Source of the DNA: a virus
Lineage: Duplodnaviria > Caudoviricetes
Length of the DNA: 64,000 bases
IMG/VR virus record: IMGVR_UViG_3300035208_005226
Location: 12,315-76,314 of that record
Strand: one strand, 5' to 3'
Made by a program: the position numbers and the translations under genes. The notes under the pieces are model-generated. The model did no database searches, had not been told where the DNA came from, and saw only the letters and a list, made by a program, of their open reading frames with translations. Below, piece by piece: positions 37,213 through 47,950 of the stretch (its first letter is position 1; each line of letters begins with the position of its first letter).

Positions 37213-37752
37213 ATGGGTTTTGATAAAGAATCTGGACAGATTATCGAATGCAAAGATAATATTATGAAGGTACTTATTCCATCCACTGGAAACGTATATA
37301 AGATCCAGGAGCCTGTTGGGAATCTTGCACCTGATCATTTTATTTTGATGTCTAAAGGAGTTCCTATGGACATGCAGTTTGAGGATGAGAGAGTTCCAAA
37401 ATATGAATATCCCAGGGATGAAAACGGAGATATTATCGAAGGAGCAGAGAGAATTCCAGTATTTAAGACAAATGAAGATGGGACGTTTAAGATTGATGAA
37501 GATGGAGATCCCATTCCGGTGATGACAAAGGTTAGAACGCCTAGGTGGTCTGATGCAAACTGGAGAAATTTATTCGAGGCATTTAAAGCATGGTGCGAAA
37601 ATATACTGAATAAACCGGGTGCCGTGGTTGTAGAAGGACTACCGTTTGATAAGATGCCTCCTGCTGACATGTTTGGGATTTTTATGGCGCTATACAACAG
37701 GTGTAATAGTGGCGTTACGCCCTTTCGGTTACTTGTCGGTGATGGCGTCTAA
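37213..37752 (+). CDS. Tail assembly chaperone (G-like)
   Basis: Between tail tube and TMP; CCC TTT CGG near 3' end. Confidence 0.65.
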   Translation: MGFDKESGQIIECKDNIMKVLIPSTGNVYKIQEPVGNLAPDHFILMSKGVPMDMQFEDERVPKYEYPRDENGDIIEGAERIPVFKTNEDGTFKIDEDGDPIPVMTKVRTPRWSDANWRNLFEAFKAWCENILNKPGAVVVEGLPFDKMPPADMFGIFMALYNRCNSGVTPFRLLVGDGV

Positions 37753-37939
37753 AGAGAAAGGACAAGAACAGAAACGAGTAAACAGTCTGATGGATAGCCT
37801 CAATGATATAGGTGAGCGATATCATATAAGGCCAACTTCTATTTTTGGATGGGACGATCCTAAAGATTGGTATAGGCGATTGTTGTTTGACCTCTACATA
37901 GTTAATAATACTAGGAAAGAATCAAATTCTAGTAATTAA
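37727..37939 (+). CDS. Tail assembly chaperone extension (T-like), +1 frame
   Basis: Open +1 frame overlapping the chaperone 3' end; ERYHIRPTSIFGW...FD T-like motif; alternative ATG at 37742. Confidence 0.55.
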   Translation, partial: GYLSVMASKEKGQEQKRVNSLMDSLNDIGERYHIRPTSIFGWDDPKDWYRRLLFDLYIVNNTRKESNSSN

Positions 37940-37957
37940 TATTAGAGGTTTTATTTT

Positions 37958-40900
37958 ATGGTGGATCCTAAAAAAAATATCAATGATAATGTAAGAGTTA
38001 AGATCTTGCTTGACGCCGCAAAGAAAGGCGATGAGAATCTTGAGCACATTAGAACGCGATATAAGGATGCCATAAAGGAGTATGGGGCCGATGAAGACAT
38101 CATACTTGTTAATCCTAAGCTGGTGAGTGATCGCAAAGAGCTTAATGACATGATGCAACATGTCATGCTGGATAAAACTTTTGCTGTGGATACCGAGGTA
38201 AATCCTAGGGCCGGAAAACCCGGGACTATTCAAATTGCATCTAGATCAGGTGTACATACTATTGCGGTTAATGCATTTAGAGAAAACGAAGCGGATATGA
38301 CATATCTTAGAAATAAGATAGGGTCGTTGTTAAACCGGGATGACGTGCATTCATATTACCATAATAGAATGTTTGATATGGACTTTCTCACCAGGGATGG
38401 GTTTAATCTGGCATTGACAAATTCAGGGGGGGAAGTTACAGCACATGATACAGTTGCATTGGCATCCAGACTTGGGAAGGCAAACTTGCTTGCTAATCCA
38501 GAAATGGGAAATTCTCTGGCATCATTTGTACTGAGATCTTTGGGAAAATATCTGCCTAAGAAGTTGTCTGGGTCTGGATTTGGATTTAACTATAATGTTG
38601 AGACATCCAAAACCAAAGATTTTGATAAGTGGTTTCTTAGGTATGGTGCTGGAGATGCACTAGCACTGTATGAAGTGGTATCTAAGTATTATGGAGAGCA
38701 CAATGATCTTAAGAACCTGAAGAATATTGGAGCATCCAAGGATCAGATTGATTTTATAAATAAGATTGATGAGATAGAGCATGCAAAGAGATCAATGTTT
38801 AGGCCACCGCCTAGTGTTCAGGATTTCATGGAAGGACGGAATATTATAGCAACCAGGGTTAAAAAGGGAAATGATGGGAAGTTATATGTTGAAAGTTATT
38901 TGTCACCGTCTGATGAATCCCAAAATGCAGTGATGAATTACCTAAGCGACAATAATATTTTAGATATTAAAAAAAAGCACGAAACAGGAATATTGGAAAA
39001 GGCAGCAGCAGTAGGAGTAAAACTAAAAAAAGGAGAAATTGCAGAGGAAGTAAATCTAAAAGCAGAAAGAGAAATAGCAAGTTATCTGCATACAAACCAC
39101 GGAATAGACATTTATAAAGCAGTTGCAGATGCATTATCCGGAACTGCAAAGACCGATGTAAAATCCGGGATTAATCCAATTGCAAGGATGTATGCAAAGG
39201 GTGTAGCCGGAAGACTTGGGATGTTTAGATCCAACCGGGTGTATGTATCTGATGCATATCGAAACAAACCTGGGCAGGGCGGATCATATGCTAAATATGC
39301 CAGTGCATACAGCAAGGACAACAAGATTGGAATTGGATATATTCCGGAAATAAGAAGCGGGGATTTTTCAATTGTAAAGGCATTCAGACAGATGTATGAA
39401 GCATCTCCCGAATACCTGATGAAATCTGTGGGGCACTTTGTTAAAGGGGATATAAACAAGGGAAATGTAGAATCTGCAACATCTGACATATTTAATAGGG
39501 TAAAGAGTCTGCCTACCGATATAAACGAGGTAAAGAATTATTTTGGTGCATTGGGAATTTCACCTGATGTTATTGATGCAAACCCGGAGATGTGGATTAG
39601 GGATTATCATAGACATGGCCTTGTGGGAACATGGCTTGGACTTAGTAATGTGGCAAAAGGATTGACTGGAAAGAAAAGTATAGAACGAAATGTGGTTGGT
39701 GCAATTAAACAGGTTGGGTTTGATCCTACAACCGGAGATCCTATTTATGCAAGGAAGTTACAGGAATCGAAGTCTGAAATATCGGAGTCCGGATTAAACT
39801 CGTTGCTTAATGGAGTATATGAATCGTTTGCCGGGATAAAAATAGCAAAACATAGTGTTCCAGGATTTACTCCCGGAAAGTCTGCTGCTGCATTTGGATC
39901 GTTGCTTGGTAGTGGAAGAGCTGTTGAAATTATAACAAAGATGGGATTACCGGAAAGTGTGGCTGCCATACCAGGAAAGTTTAGATTCAGACAGCAATTG
40001 ATGTCATCTGCTGTTAATTATGGTGCGGCATATGAGAACATGGACGAGCGGATGCAATCCGTAAATGCAATCAACACACCCGAAATGAATGAGTTATATG
40101 GGGAAACAGAGCTGCTTAACAAGATGCCTATACGATCCAGGTTTAAAGAAGGAGATGTTGATGAATCACATAGAGAACGGTTGAGATCATTGGGATTTGA
40201 ACCTGAAAAGATTGAAGAACTGGTTGCAAATGGCGGAGAAATATTAAGAGAGGCACTGACATCCCCGGTATTGTATGGAAAAGGAAACGAATGGTGGAAA
40301 CAGTCCAGAATTATTGTTACAGATGATGTAAAGCAGAAGTTTACTGACTTGTGGGAAAATATTGAGAATTATTCGCCTGAAGTTCAGAATAAGATACGAT
40401 CTGCTCTTGCTATAGGAACAAAAGGGCCGTTTAGAGATGCAAACGGACTGGTGCAGGTTGGAGATCTTGATACCAGGATGGTGGGACATAATAAGAATTA
40501 TGAGTTATCCACAGGGTTCTATCAGGGAACTGTAGGTCAGGAAATAACATCTATGCTGACTGATAAGCAGTTTAGACATGAGGCATTTATTGAAAATATA
40601 CCAAAGATGATTCCAGAAATTTATGCAAGCGGCGATAAGGGAATTACACCCGGTGGAAGATCGCAATATATAAAAGACTCCTATGATTTTTTTGCTCAGA
40701 TAGGACTGCTTAAGAGCATTCCGGATAAAAAAGTGGGAATCAAAGCAGCAAAAGGCATCAAAAACACCATATTAACTGAAATGAGTTATAGGAAGGCATA
40801 TGGGAAAAATGTACTTAGTGATGCTGAAGTTCTGAAGATGTCTCGTTTGTTTAATTTAGTGATGTCAAAAAGAGTTGCCAGAGACGAAACTATAATGAGG

Positions 40901-43900
40901 GCAGATCTAGACAAAAGTCTTGATTATATAGGGAATATTAAGAACGAGGTTGGATATAACCCCAATGTATTGCATGGATCTTATAGAAATTATAATGAAG
41001 AAACAGGAATGAGTACCATTGTACCATATCAGACATTATCTACACTCCCGACGATGAGTGAAAAGGAAGCCAGGAAACTGGAAGGAAGTTATATAAACAG
41101 AGTTAAGGAACTGTCTGAAGTAATAAGGCCGAAAGAATTGTTGCAAGTAGAAAAGTTTATTTCTGGAATAGAAAAGGGATATGCCCCAAATGCAACTGAG
41201 TCTGTTAATGCAGCATCAATATATGACACGGTGAAGAAGCTGGGATTGAATGAAGACGATGCATATTCGTTGGTAAATAATGCCACAACTGAGGCTTATG
41301 ATATAGGACAGGCGTTTTCTCCGGAATCAAAAATTCCTGCTACCTTGGCAGTCAGCAGAACGTTATTTCCACCATTAAAAAAGGCAATTGCCTCTGTTAT
41401 TCCAGATGTTGCACCGGTCATTTCAGATACAGGAGTTGGAAGATCTCATTCTCCGCTACTGAACGCAATATTTGATATATCGTCTGAGACTGGAGGACGA
41501 ACTCCATTAATGTCTCACCCCATTGGTATAACCGATCCGGATGTTTTAATGTCTATGCTGGAGTCTGGTGCAATAACGGATAAAGAATATGCAAAGGCTG
41601 TTGTGTTGTCTGCGAAACCAATTACAGATCAGAAAGGAACTAGATGGGAAAAACATATTCCGAGGGCATTTGCAGATATTTCTAAAGTTGATTTCTCCAG
41701 TGGATTTATACGACCGCCTAATGTAGGAGATGAATATATTCAGACACGTGGATCTGGTCCATCTCGTTTATACTACAGTACATTCCGGGGAATGATGGGA
41801 GAAACCTTGTCTGTAATGGCTGAGAATGCAGCACGTAAGAAACAAGATTTGAGAAGGCTCGAGAGCGAACGGGTTTTAGATAAGCTTGCTGGATCTCATT
41901 CCATTCAGGTTGATTACTTGAAAGGACACAAGGTTGCTACCGGTGCAAATGCTGTGATGGAAGAAGGAAAGGTTGGAAATCTTGTTAAGACATATGAGAC
42001 ATATAACAAGGTTTCTGATGCTATAGGAGAGAGACACAGCGATATAATAAAGCCAGGATATGTTCCTAAGAAAACAATATCAAGAAATCGCATACTTGGG
42101 GAATATTCTCCAGAAACAGCAAATGTTAGATATAATAGAGACATTGGACAGATAATTGGAAGCGTATCTGATTATGCTGGAATGGCTAAAGATGTTGGAG
42201 GATTTAAAGATAGCAAGGAGGCATTAAAGAAGGCTCCTGGAATCATATCAAAGTTTTTAAACATATGGGGTCCAAGGAAACCAGACACTTGGAAAAGCAG
42301 TGATGCCAGATTGTTTGCTCCTGGATATTATCCAGAAAATGATGTGTCTGATTTGGTTTCCATAGATTTTTGGATGAACAAAGAGTTGGAGCGGGTATGG
42401 AGTGGAAAGACTCCATTTAGTCTGATGCCGAAGGGAGAGAACGAAGATATAAAAGGGTCTGATATATTTGGACTGGACTTTACCAGGGAAACCACAACCG
42501 AGAGTTCAAAGGACTTTAAGAGAATAAGCAGAGATGTAATGGAGAAATCAATTCTCCAGTCCATTAAGGAATCTGATAACCCGGTTGAACTTATAAATCA
42601 AATGCATAGATCTATTGAAGGATTCAATCAATGGAAGAAAGAAGGGGTTGAGGGAACTTATCCATATATTCCAGATTACTTGGCATTGTCTAAATCACCA
42701 GGTATGAGTTCTGGATTGGGAACTTCGCTATTTGACTGGCTTACAAAAGGCAATACAAAGGAGTTATCTGCTGCATTTTCTGAGAATGAGAAAGGATATG
42801 GTACGTTGTCCAGTATGCTTGAGGAGGTTGCGGAGATACAAGAAAGCGGGATGTTAAATGGAAAAAGGATAGGGAAAGACGCATCCGATTATGATGTGGT
42901 ATCTCACGTAATAAATAAATACAGGACTGGAGAAACCGGAGAAATAAGTCTTGAATATCTTGATGCGGTTAACTTGGTTTCTGGATATAGACCATTAAGA
43001 CCTGAATATGGAATACAACATGTTAATCCATATTATAAGGGAATACCAAGGAAGTTGTCTGAATATAATCCACGCGATTATGGACTTGGGATGAAAAGCG
43101 GGAGATCATCTGTGCTTACTGATCTGTACTCAGATGTCATTGATTACAGTAAGGGTAGAAGTATTGGATTTAGACTGCCTAAATTTGGAAAAGGAACTCC
43201 AAATATAAATGGAATTACATTATCTGGTAAGGCATTTGGATTATCGGTGGTAGGCGATGGCGGACCTGAAATATCAATCTCAGATGATGGGACCATTAGA
43301 ACCCACAATACGGAAGAAGTGGTTAATTTTAGATCTCCTACTACTGTAATACCAAAGAATAGACTTCCACACTTTGCTTTTGGAACCCCAGACTTCAACA
43401 GAAATGACATAATACGGTCTATTGCGGAATCTATTGAAAATAGTTTTGAAGAATATAATGCTCTTGGATCAGATTTATTATCAACAAAGGGAGTCACAAG
43501 GACCACCACACCGTCTGAAATCCAGTCGATAAAAAGTGTGGTGGCGGAACATATGAATTCCGGATTGGCTAAATCCGGGAAGCATCCTGAAAGGGCTGGG
43601 TTGTTTAGGACGGAAGGAAGTGGAATAATCAGTGGTATTGGAAGATTTATGGACTTTGGTAATACTGATTATACGCTTAGTGGTCCTGGTAATGTAAGAA
43701 AAGATATTGGGCGGCATGATATCATGGGACAAGATATATCTGGTAGAATCCAGAGAATGTCGGATGTCACAAATATCACAGATAATAGATTTATACGAAA
43801 TAAAAACCGGGGGATTGCAGATGTATATGAAGATGCCACCATTCCTGGAATTCAAAAAGTAGTAACATCATTGCCTCAGCCTGGTGGAGTCGCACAATCC

Positions 43901-46900
43901 GGAGCAAGATTGTCTGCAACAGAAATTAATAGTCTTAAAGATATGCTGGGGGATTTAAATGCGTCGATGAGAGATCTTGGTAGCGATACTGATTATGGTG
44001 GATTCATTAAGAGTCTTGAAACATCAATTGGGGCAAACAGGGGTATTGATGTAACAAAAGGTGTGGCAGAACAGTTTAAGCTACTTAGTGATCAGCTTAG
44101 GATTATTGTTCCGGAATTGAAGTCGTTTTCTGATGTTGCAAAGATAGAGAATATTGCAAAGGCAAGAAAGGTATCTCCTGAATATCAGGAAGAAATCATG
44201 AAAAAGGGGTACTTTAAGGAAGGCCCTATAAGCAGCATCAGATACATGATGGCAAAGAGGAGAGATCCCGGATTGACTCCGGAAGAATGGAATGCAGATA
44301 GGTTTGAAGCATCATTTTCAGAAAGCAGAGATCAGAGATTAGCTAGGTGGTTAAAGAAGAGGGCTTTGAAGGGGACCGAAGAAACTGAGACATTTGCATT
44401 CCAAGCCAATTATGCATTGGAGTCTCCAGCAGCTAAGTCGGAAATGACAAGGGTGCAGTCAGAGTTCTCTGCATTTGTATCTGAATTGTCTAAGATTGAC
44501 AAAAATATTAAAATAAATACTCAGACGGGGACAAAATTCTCACCGGGCGAAAAGTCAAAACAAGTTGAGAGCGTCTTTGGGGAACAACTTGGGATGAATG
44601 TAGAGGTGAGTAAAGAAGCTCTGAGATTGAAGTTTGGCAAAGATTATAGGAAGATATTACAGGGTATGTTTGGGCCGTCTTTAATTGATCAGCCAGGATA
44701 TATTTCAAATGCAAACCTGGATATTGTGGAAGGCAGGAGAACCACAAGACCTACAGAAGAATCATCTGGATATTTATCTGCATCTTCCACTCTTCAGGGA
44801 TATGGCAGAAAAATGACGGCATTGAGCATGGGTGCAATGGGTACCTACTTTTCAATAACTGGTATCTATAGTGTGATATCTCAAGGCGTTCGTATGGTAA
44901 CCGATTCACTGAAGGATCTTAGTTCTCAGATGAAATCAATTGCCATAATGGATAACTTCAGCAATGGGCTACTTAGATCTAAGGATATAATGGCTACGAT
45001 GGGAATAACCCAGCAGGATTTCATTAATGGGTGGAAAGGCATAACATCTATCCAGGCATCGTTCCAGGTATTTTTGGGATCTATTGCTGCTAAGATGATG
45101 CAGGTAGGAGAAGACGGAACTTCAGCGTTCAAAACCATTGCTGATACACTGATGAAGGCATTTACAGATAAAAGAAGCATAGATGAATTGGTGAGTTCTG
45201 TTAAGACACTGGTTGTGGCGGGTGCAGAATTGCTACCGATGTTTATTGGGTTTGCTAAAACTCTTGCTAATCTGGTTGCTGGAATTGCAAAAAGTCCGTT
45301 TGCTCCACTTATTACTGGATTTACGCTTATTGCGTTTGTAATGCAACCGGTGCTTACACTGATTGCTGTTACACTGGAAGGATTTGCATCATTGCTTACC
45401 CTTATGGCATTCATGGGTCCGGCAGCATCAACCGGAGCACTTGGAATGACACAGTTTGCAGCTGGTACCACAAGTGCAGCTGGTGGTGTAATGGTTCTTA
45501 ATGGGGCATTGGGAACTACACTTGCAATGTTATCAACTGTAGTTGTGGTTGTAGGAGCTGCTGTTGCTGCTTGGCAGTTACTAGGAATGGCTATAAATTT
45601 TGCATCAAATAAAGAGGTTGTTCCTACCCCGGTTGGATTAATTGGGGGTGCACTTGGATTCAATAAGGGTGGATTGGTGGAGTGTTTTGCAGAGGGAGGA
45701 GAAAAAGGAACCGACATCGTTCCCTCAATGCTTACACCCGGGGAGTTTGTAGTTAGGAGAGATTCTGCTAAGAAGTTTGGATATGACAGGCTTGACAAAA
45801 TTAATAAAATGGCAGATGGAGGTGTTGTAGGCGGACTGATGCCATCATCCTCTCCTGTTATGGATTCAGATAACCGGATGAATATAAACAATAAGTTTGG
45901 GTTGTTGACAAATGTGAGTGAGGCAGGAGCCAATGCAAATAAAAATACCGCAAAGACGTTATCTGATGCAAGTGGAGGGAAATATCTTAATGTTAAGTTG
46001 TATGGAGAAGAAGGGCAGATCGGCGGTAAAGGCGATGTAGAAACTGAAGGTGGATATCTAGGAAATCTAATGGATACTCTAGGAAATGCAGCAGATGAAT
46101 TTGCGAAGGGGCTATCTGATACATTTACCCCAAGTGGACTCAAGAATGTAGTAACAACTGGAGCAGCTGGAGCAACGTTGTCTACTCCATTTAATGAACT
46201 TACTAAAAAAGTAAAGGAATGGTGGGATAAAATAGAATGGCCTGATGTCGGAAAATGGATTAAAGAAAGATTTAAGTTTTTGGATGATACAGATCTTGGA
46301 GAAAAATTTAGGGAATTTAAGGAAAGGTTAATTGAGTTGACTACCGGAAAGGAGAGAACCGGTAGAACTGAGAATGTAGACATCGATAGGAATGAAAAGA
46401 TAAAAGGAAGGAAGACACCTGGGGAAGAAAGTCTCGAAAGTAAAACTAATAAAAGGGTTGTAGACTGGTTTAGAGGGGATAAAGGATTAGAAGGCTGGGA
46501 AAAGGTAGATACAGGAACCGAAAAACAACCTAGCAGACCAAAGATGACCTGGTCATATGAGAATGAATATGGGAATGTAGAGGCAGAAAAACCAATTTAT
46601 GAACCAGGAAGAAATGCATTACCAAATCAAATATGGGAGGTAACTCCAGAAGGAGGTATAGGAAAAGGAGTTGAAACACCAGAGAGCGGGTTTAAAACCG
46701 CAAAGCCACCTGTTGGAGTTTCAACTACCCAAGAGATTATTGGTGGTGCTAAAGGAGGTGGTATTCTTGGTGGTATATTAGCTGCTGTGGATGAGATACT
46801 TGTAAAGGGAAAATCTCCGGTAGAGGCAGCACCTACGGTTGGAGTGAGTGCAGCAGCAGGAGCGGGACTTGGAGCTGCAACAGCTGCATTTCCTATTTTG

Positions 46901-47950
46901 GGTCTTCCAGTAGCTATGCTTTCTCATGAGTGGATGGCAAACTTCGGCGCAAATGTAGCAGAAAAAGCAACTGGAGGAACATGGATAGAAGAGAAAAAAG
47001 ACAAACAGGGCAATGTTATTACTCCTGGATATATGGAGGGAGGAAATAAAGAACTTGGTGCGGCATCTGGCATTGCAGGTGCCACAATAAATGATGTCAC
47101 TGGTGGAGCAGTGACCGGTGGTGCAATAGGATCTGTGGTTCCAGTTGTTGGAACTGGCATTGGAGCACTTATAGGTGCAATTGCTGGCATAGTTAGTGGC
47201 GGGGTTCTTGATATTCAGGATATAAATAAACAGGTTTCGTCTGGCAAAACCAATATTGAGGGCAATTATGGTGTAATTGGATCGGTTTCAAAGTATGCAA
47301 CTAATTTATCCATGAATCCAACTGCCGCAAATGGTGAAGCAAACCCGATGTATTATGATGCAACAAAGGCACAAAATATGCTGAGTGGAACGCTTGATTC
47401 CATAAAAACAAGTATATTGAGCGGGCTTGGAGATGCATCCGCCACACTTGGTACTATATGGGGTTCAGTTTATAATATGGCAATATCAGGATTTGGAGAT
47501 GCAGCATCGGTGCTTGGAGGACTGTGGACCTGGATATCAGATGCGGTTAAGTCGGCTATTGGTATTGGAGGCAGTGTAGTAAGTACGGTGTCAAATGCTG
47601 CAACTGGTATAGCAAGCGGTGTAACTGGAACTGCAAGTGGGATTGTAAAGGCAATTACTGGTGCTGCTGATGGAGGACTGATAACTTCAACGGGATTGAT
47701 TAATGCTCATGCTGGAGAAGTTATAGGTCCAATTGATAAAGTATCGAGTATTTTATCTGGTGCATCAAGCAGCAGCAATACAAATTCTACATCGTCTGTT
47801 TCATCATCTGGTGGTAATAATATCTCAATAACAATTCCAATAACTATAGGAAGTGCATCATCGTCCACAGTTAATGATATCAAGAGCGAACTTGAATATT
47901 GGTTACCACGGCTGCTCAAACAGTATGACATAAAAGGAATTAGCTTATGA
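37958..47950 (+). CDS. Giant tape-measure-like protein (3330 aa) with N-terminal DEDDy 3'-5' exonuclease
   Basis: TMP position. C-terminal hydrophobic Ala/Gly segments and FAEGG..GTDIVPSMLTPGEFVV and ADGG..HAGEV motifs. N-terminal AVDTE / HNRMFD / HDT / YGAGDA. Confidence 0.85.
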   Translation: MVDPKKNINDNVRVKILLDAAKKGDENLEHIRTRYKDAIKEYGADEDIILVNPKLVSDRKELNDMMQHVMLDKTFAVDTEVNPRAGKPGTIQIASRSGVHTIAVNAFRENEADMTYLRNKIGSLLNRDDVHSYYHNRMFDMDFLTRDGFNLALTNSGGEVTAHDTVALASRLGKANLLANPEMGNSLASFVLRSLGKYLPKKLSGSGFGFNYNVETSKTKDFDKWFLRYGAGDALALYEVVSKYYGEHNDLKNLKNIGASKDQIDFINKIDEIEHAKRSMFRPPPSVQDFMEGRNIIATRVKKGNDGKLYVESYLSPSDESQNAVMNYLSDNNILDIKKKHETGILEKAAAVGVKLKKGEIAEEVNLKAEREIASYLHTNHGIDIYKAVADALSGTAKTDVKSGINPIARMYAKGVAGRLGMFRSNRVYVSDAYRNKPGQGGSYAKYASAYSKDNKIGIGYIPEIRSGDFSIVKAFRQMYEASPEYLMKSVGHFVKGDINKGNVESATSDIFNRVKSLPTDINEVKNYFGALGISPDVIDANPEMWIRDYHRHGLVGTWLGLSNVAKGLTGKKSIERNVVGAIKQVGFDPTTGDPIYARKLQESKSEISESGLNSLLNGVYESFAGIKIAKHSVPGFTPGKSAAAFGSLLGSGRAVEIITKMGLPESVAAIPGKFRFRQQLMSSAVNYGAAYENMDERMQSVNAINTPEMNELYGETELLNKMPIRSRFKEGDVDESHRERLRSLGFEPEKIEELVANGGEILREALTSPVLYGKGNEWWKQSRIIVTDDVKQKFTDLWENIENYSPEVQNKIRSALAIGTKGPFRDANGLVQVGDLDTRMVGHNKNYELSTGFYQGTVGQEITSMLTDKQFRHEAFIENIPKMIPEIYASGDKGITPGGRSQYIKDSYDFFAQIGLLKSIPDKKVGIKAAKGIKNTILTEMSYRKAYGKNVLSDAEVLKMSRLFNLVMSKRVARDETIMRADLDKSLDYIGNIKNEVGYNPNVLHGSYRNYNEETGMSTIVPYQTLSTLPTMSEKEARKLEGSYINRVKELSEVIRPKELLQVEKFISGIEKGYAPNATESVNAASIYDTVKKLGLNEDDAYSLVNNATTEAYDIGQAFSPESKIPATLAVSRTLFPPLKKAIASVIPDVAPVISDTGVGRSHSPLLNAIFDISSETGGRTPLMSHPIGITDPDVLMSMLESGAITDKEYAKAVVLSAKPITDQKGTRWEKHIPRAFADISKVDFSSGFIRPPNVGDEYIQTRGSGPSRLYYSTFRGMMGETLSVMAENAARKKQDLRRLESERVLDKLAGSHSIQVDYLKGHKVATGANAVMEEGKVGNLVKTYETYNKVSDAIGERHSDIIKPGYVPKKTISRNRILGEYSPETANVRYNRDIGQIIGSVSDYAGMAKDVGGFKDSKEALKKAPGIISKFLNIWGPRKPDTWKSSDARLFAPGYYPENDVSDLVSIDFWMNKELERVWSGKTPFSLMPKGENEDIKGSDIFGLDFTRETTTESSKDFKRISRDVMEKSILQSIKESDNPVELINQMHRSIEGFNQWKKEGVEGTYPYIPDYLALSKSPGMSSGLGTSLFDWLTKGNTKELSAAFSENEKGYGTLSSMLEEVAEIQESGMLNGKRIGKDASDYDVVSHVINKYRTGETGEISLEYLDAVNLVSGYRPLRPEYGIQHVNPYYKGIPRKLSEYNPRDYGLGMKSGRSSVLTDLYSDVIDYSKGRSIGFRLPKFGKGTPNINGITLSGKAFGLSVVGDGGPEISISDDGTIRTHNTEEVVNFRSPTTVIPKNRLPHFAFGTPDFNRNDIIRSIAESIENSFEEYNALGSDLLSTKGVTRTTTPSEIQSIKSVVAEHMNSGLAKSGKHPERAGLFRTEGSGIISGIGRFMDFGNTDYTLSGPGNVRKDIGRHDIMGQDISGRIQRMSDVTNITDNRFIRNKNRGIADVYEDATIPGIQKVVTSLPQPGGVAQSGARLSATEINSLKDMLGDLNASMRDLGSDTDYGGFIKSLETSIGANRGIDVTKGVAEQFKLLSDQLRIIVPELKSFSDVAKIENIAKARKVSPEYQEEIMKKGYFKEGPISSIRYMMAKRRDPGLTPEEWNADRFEASFSESRDQRLARWLKKRALKGTEETETFAFQANYALESPAAKSEMTRVQSEFSAFVSELSKIDKNIKINTQTGTKFSPGEKSKQVESVFGEQLGMNVEVSKEALRLKFGKDYRKILQGMFGPSLIDQPGYISNANLDIVEGRRTTRPTEESSGYLSASSTLQGYGRKMTALSMGAMGTYFSITGIYSVISQGVRMVTDSLKDLSSQMKSIAIMDNFSNGLLRSKDIMATMGITQQDFINGWKGITSIQASFQVFLGSIAAKMMQVGEDGTSAFKTIADTLMKAFTDKRSIDELVSSVKTLVVAGAELLPMFIGFAKTLANLVAGIAKSPFAPLITGFTLIAFVMQPVLTLIAVTLEGFASLLTLMAFMGPAASTGALGMTQFAAGTTSAAGGVMVLNGALGTTLAMLSTVVVVVGAAVAAWQLLGMAINFASNKEVVPTPVGLIGGALGFNKGGLVECFAEGGEKGTDIVPSMLTPGEFVVRRDSAKKFGYDRLDKINKMADGGVVGGLMPSSSPVMDSDNRMNINNKFGLLTNVSEAGANANKNTAKTLSDASGGKYLNVKLYGEEGQIGGKGDVETEGGYLGNLMDTLGNAADEFAKGLSDTFTPSGLKNVVTTGAAGATLSTPFNELTKKVKEWWDKIEWPDVGKWIKERFKFLDDTDLGEKFREFKERLIELTTGKERTGRTENVDIDRNEKIKGRKTPGEESLESKTNKRVVDWFRGDKGLEGWEKVDTGTEKQPSRPKMTWSYENEYGNVEAEKPIYEPGRNALPNQIWEVTPEGGIGKGVETPESGFKTAKPPVGVSTTQEIIGGAKGGGILGGILAAVDEILVKGKSPVEAAPTVGVSAAAGAGLGAATAAFPILGLPVAMLSHEWMANFGANVAEKATGGTWIEEKKDKQGNVITPGYMEGGNKELGAASGIAGATINDVTGGAVTGGAIGSVVPVVGTGIGALIGAIAGIVSGGVLDIQDINKQVSSGKTNIEGNYGVIGSVSKYATNLSMNPTAANGEANPMYYDATKAQNMLSGTLDSIKTSILSGLGDASATLGTIWGSVYNMAISGFGDAASVLGGLWTWISDAVKSAIGIGGSVVSTVSNAATGIASGVTGTASGIVKAITGAADGGLITSTGLINAHAGEVIGPIDKVSSILSGASSSSNTNSTSSVSSSGGNNISITIPITIGSASSSTVNDIKSELEYWLPRLLKQYDIKGISL

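Noticed and set aside
44926-46383. 485-aa antisense ORF inside the TMP gene
   Set aside because: Shadow ORF: low-complexity Ser/Pro/Ala mirror of the TMP codons, no motif and no RBS
37958-47950. Virion RNA polymerase (N4- or crAss-like) inside the giant protein
   Set aside because: No DxDGD/DFDxD or convincing T7-type motif set found by eye; GDLDT and EGDVDE are insufficient. A structure search could still revisit this.
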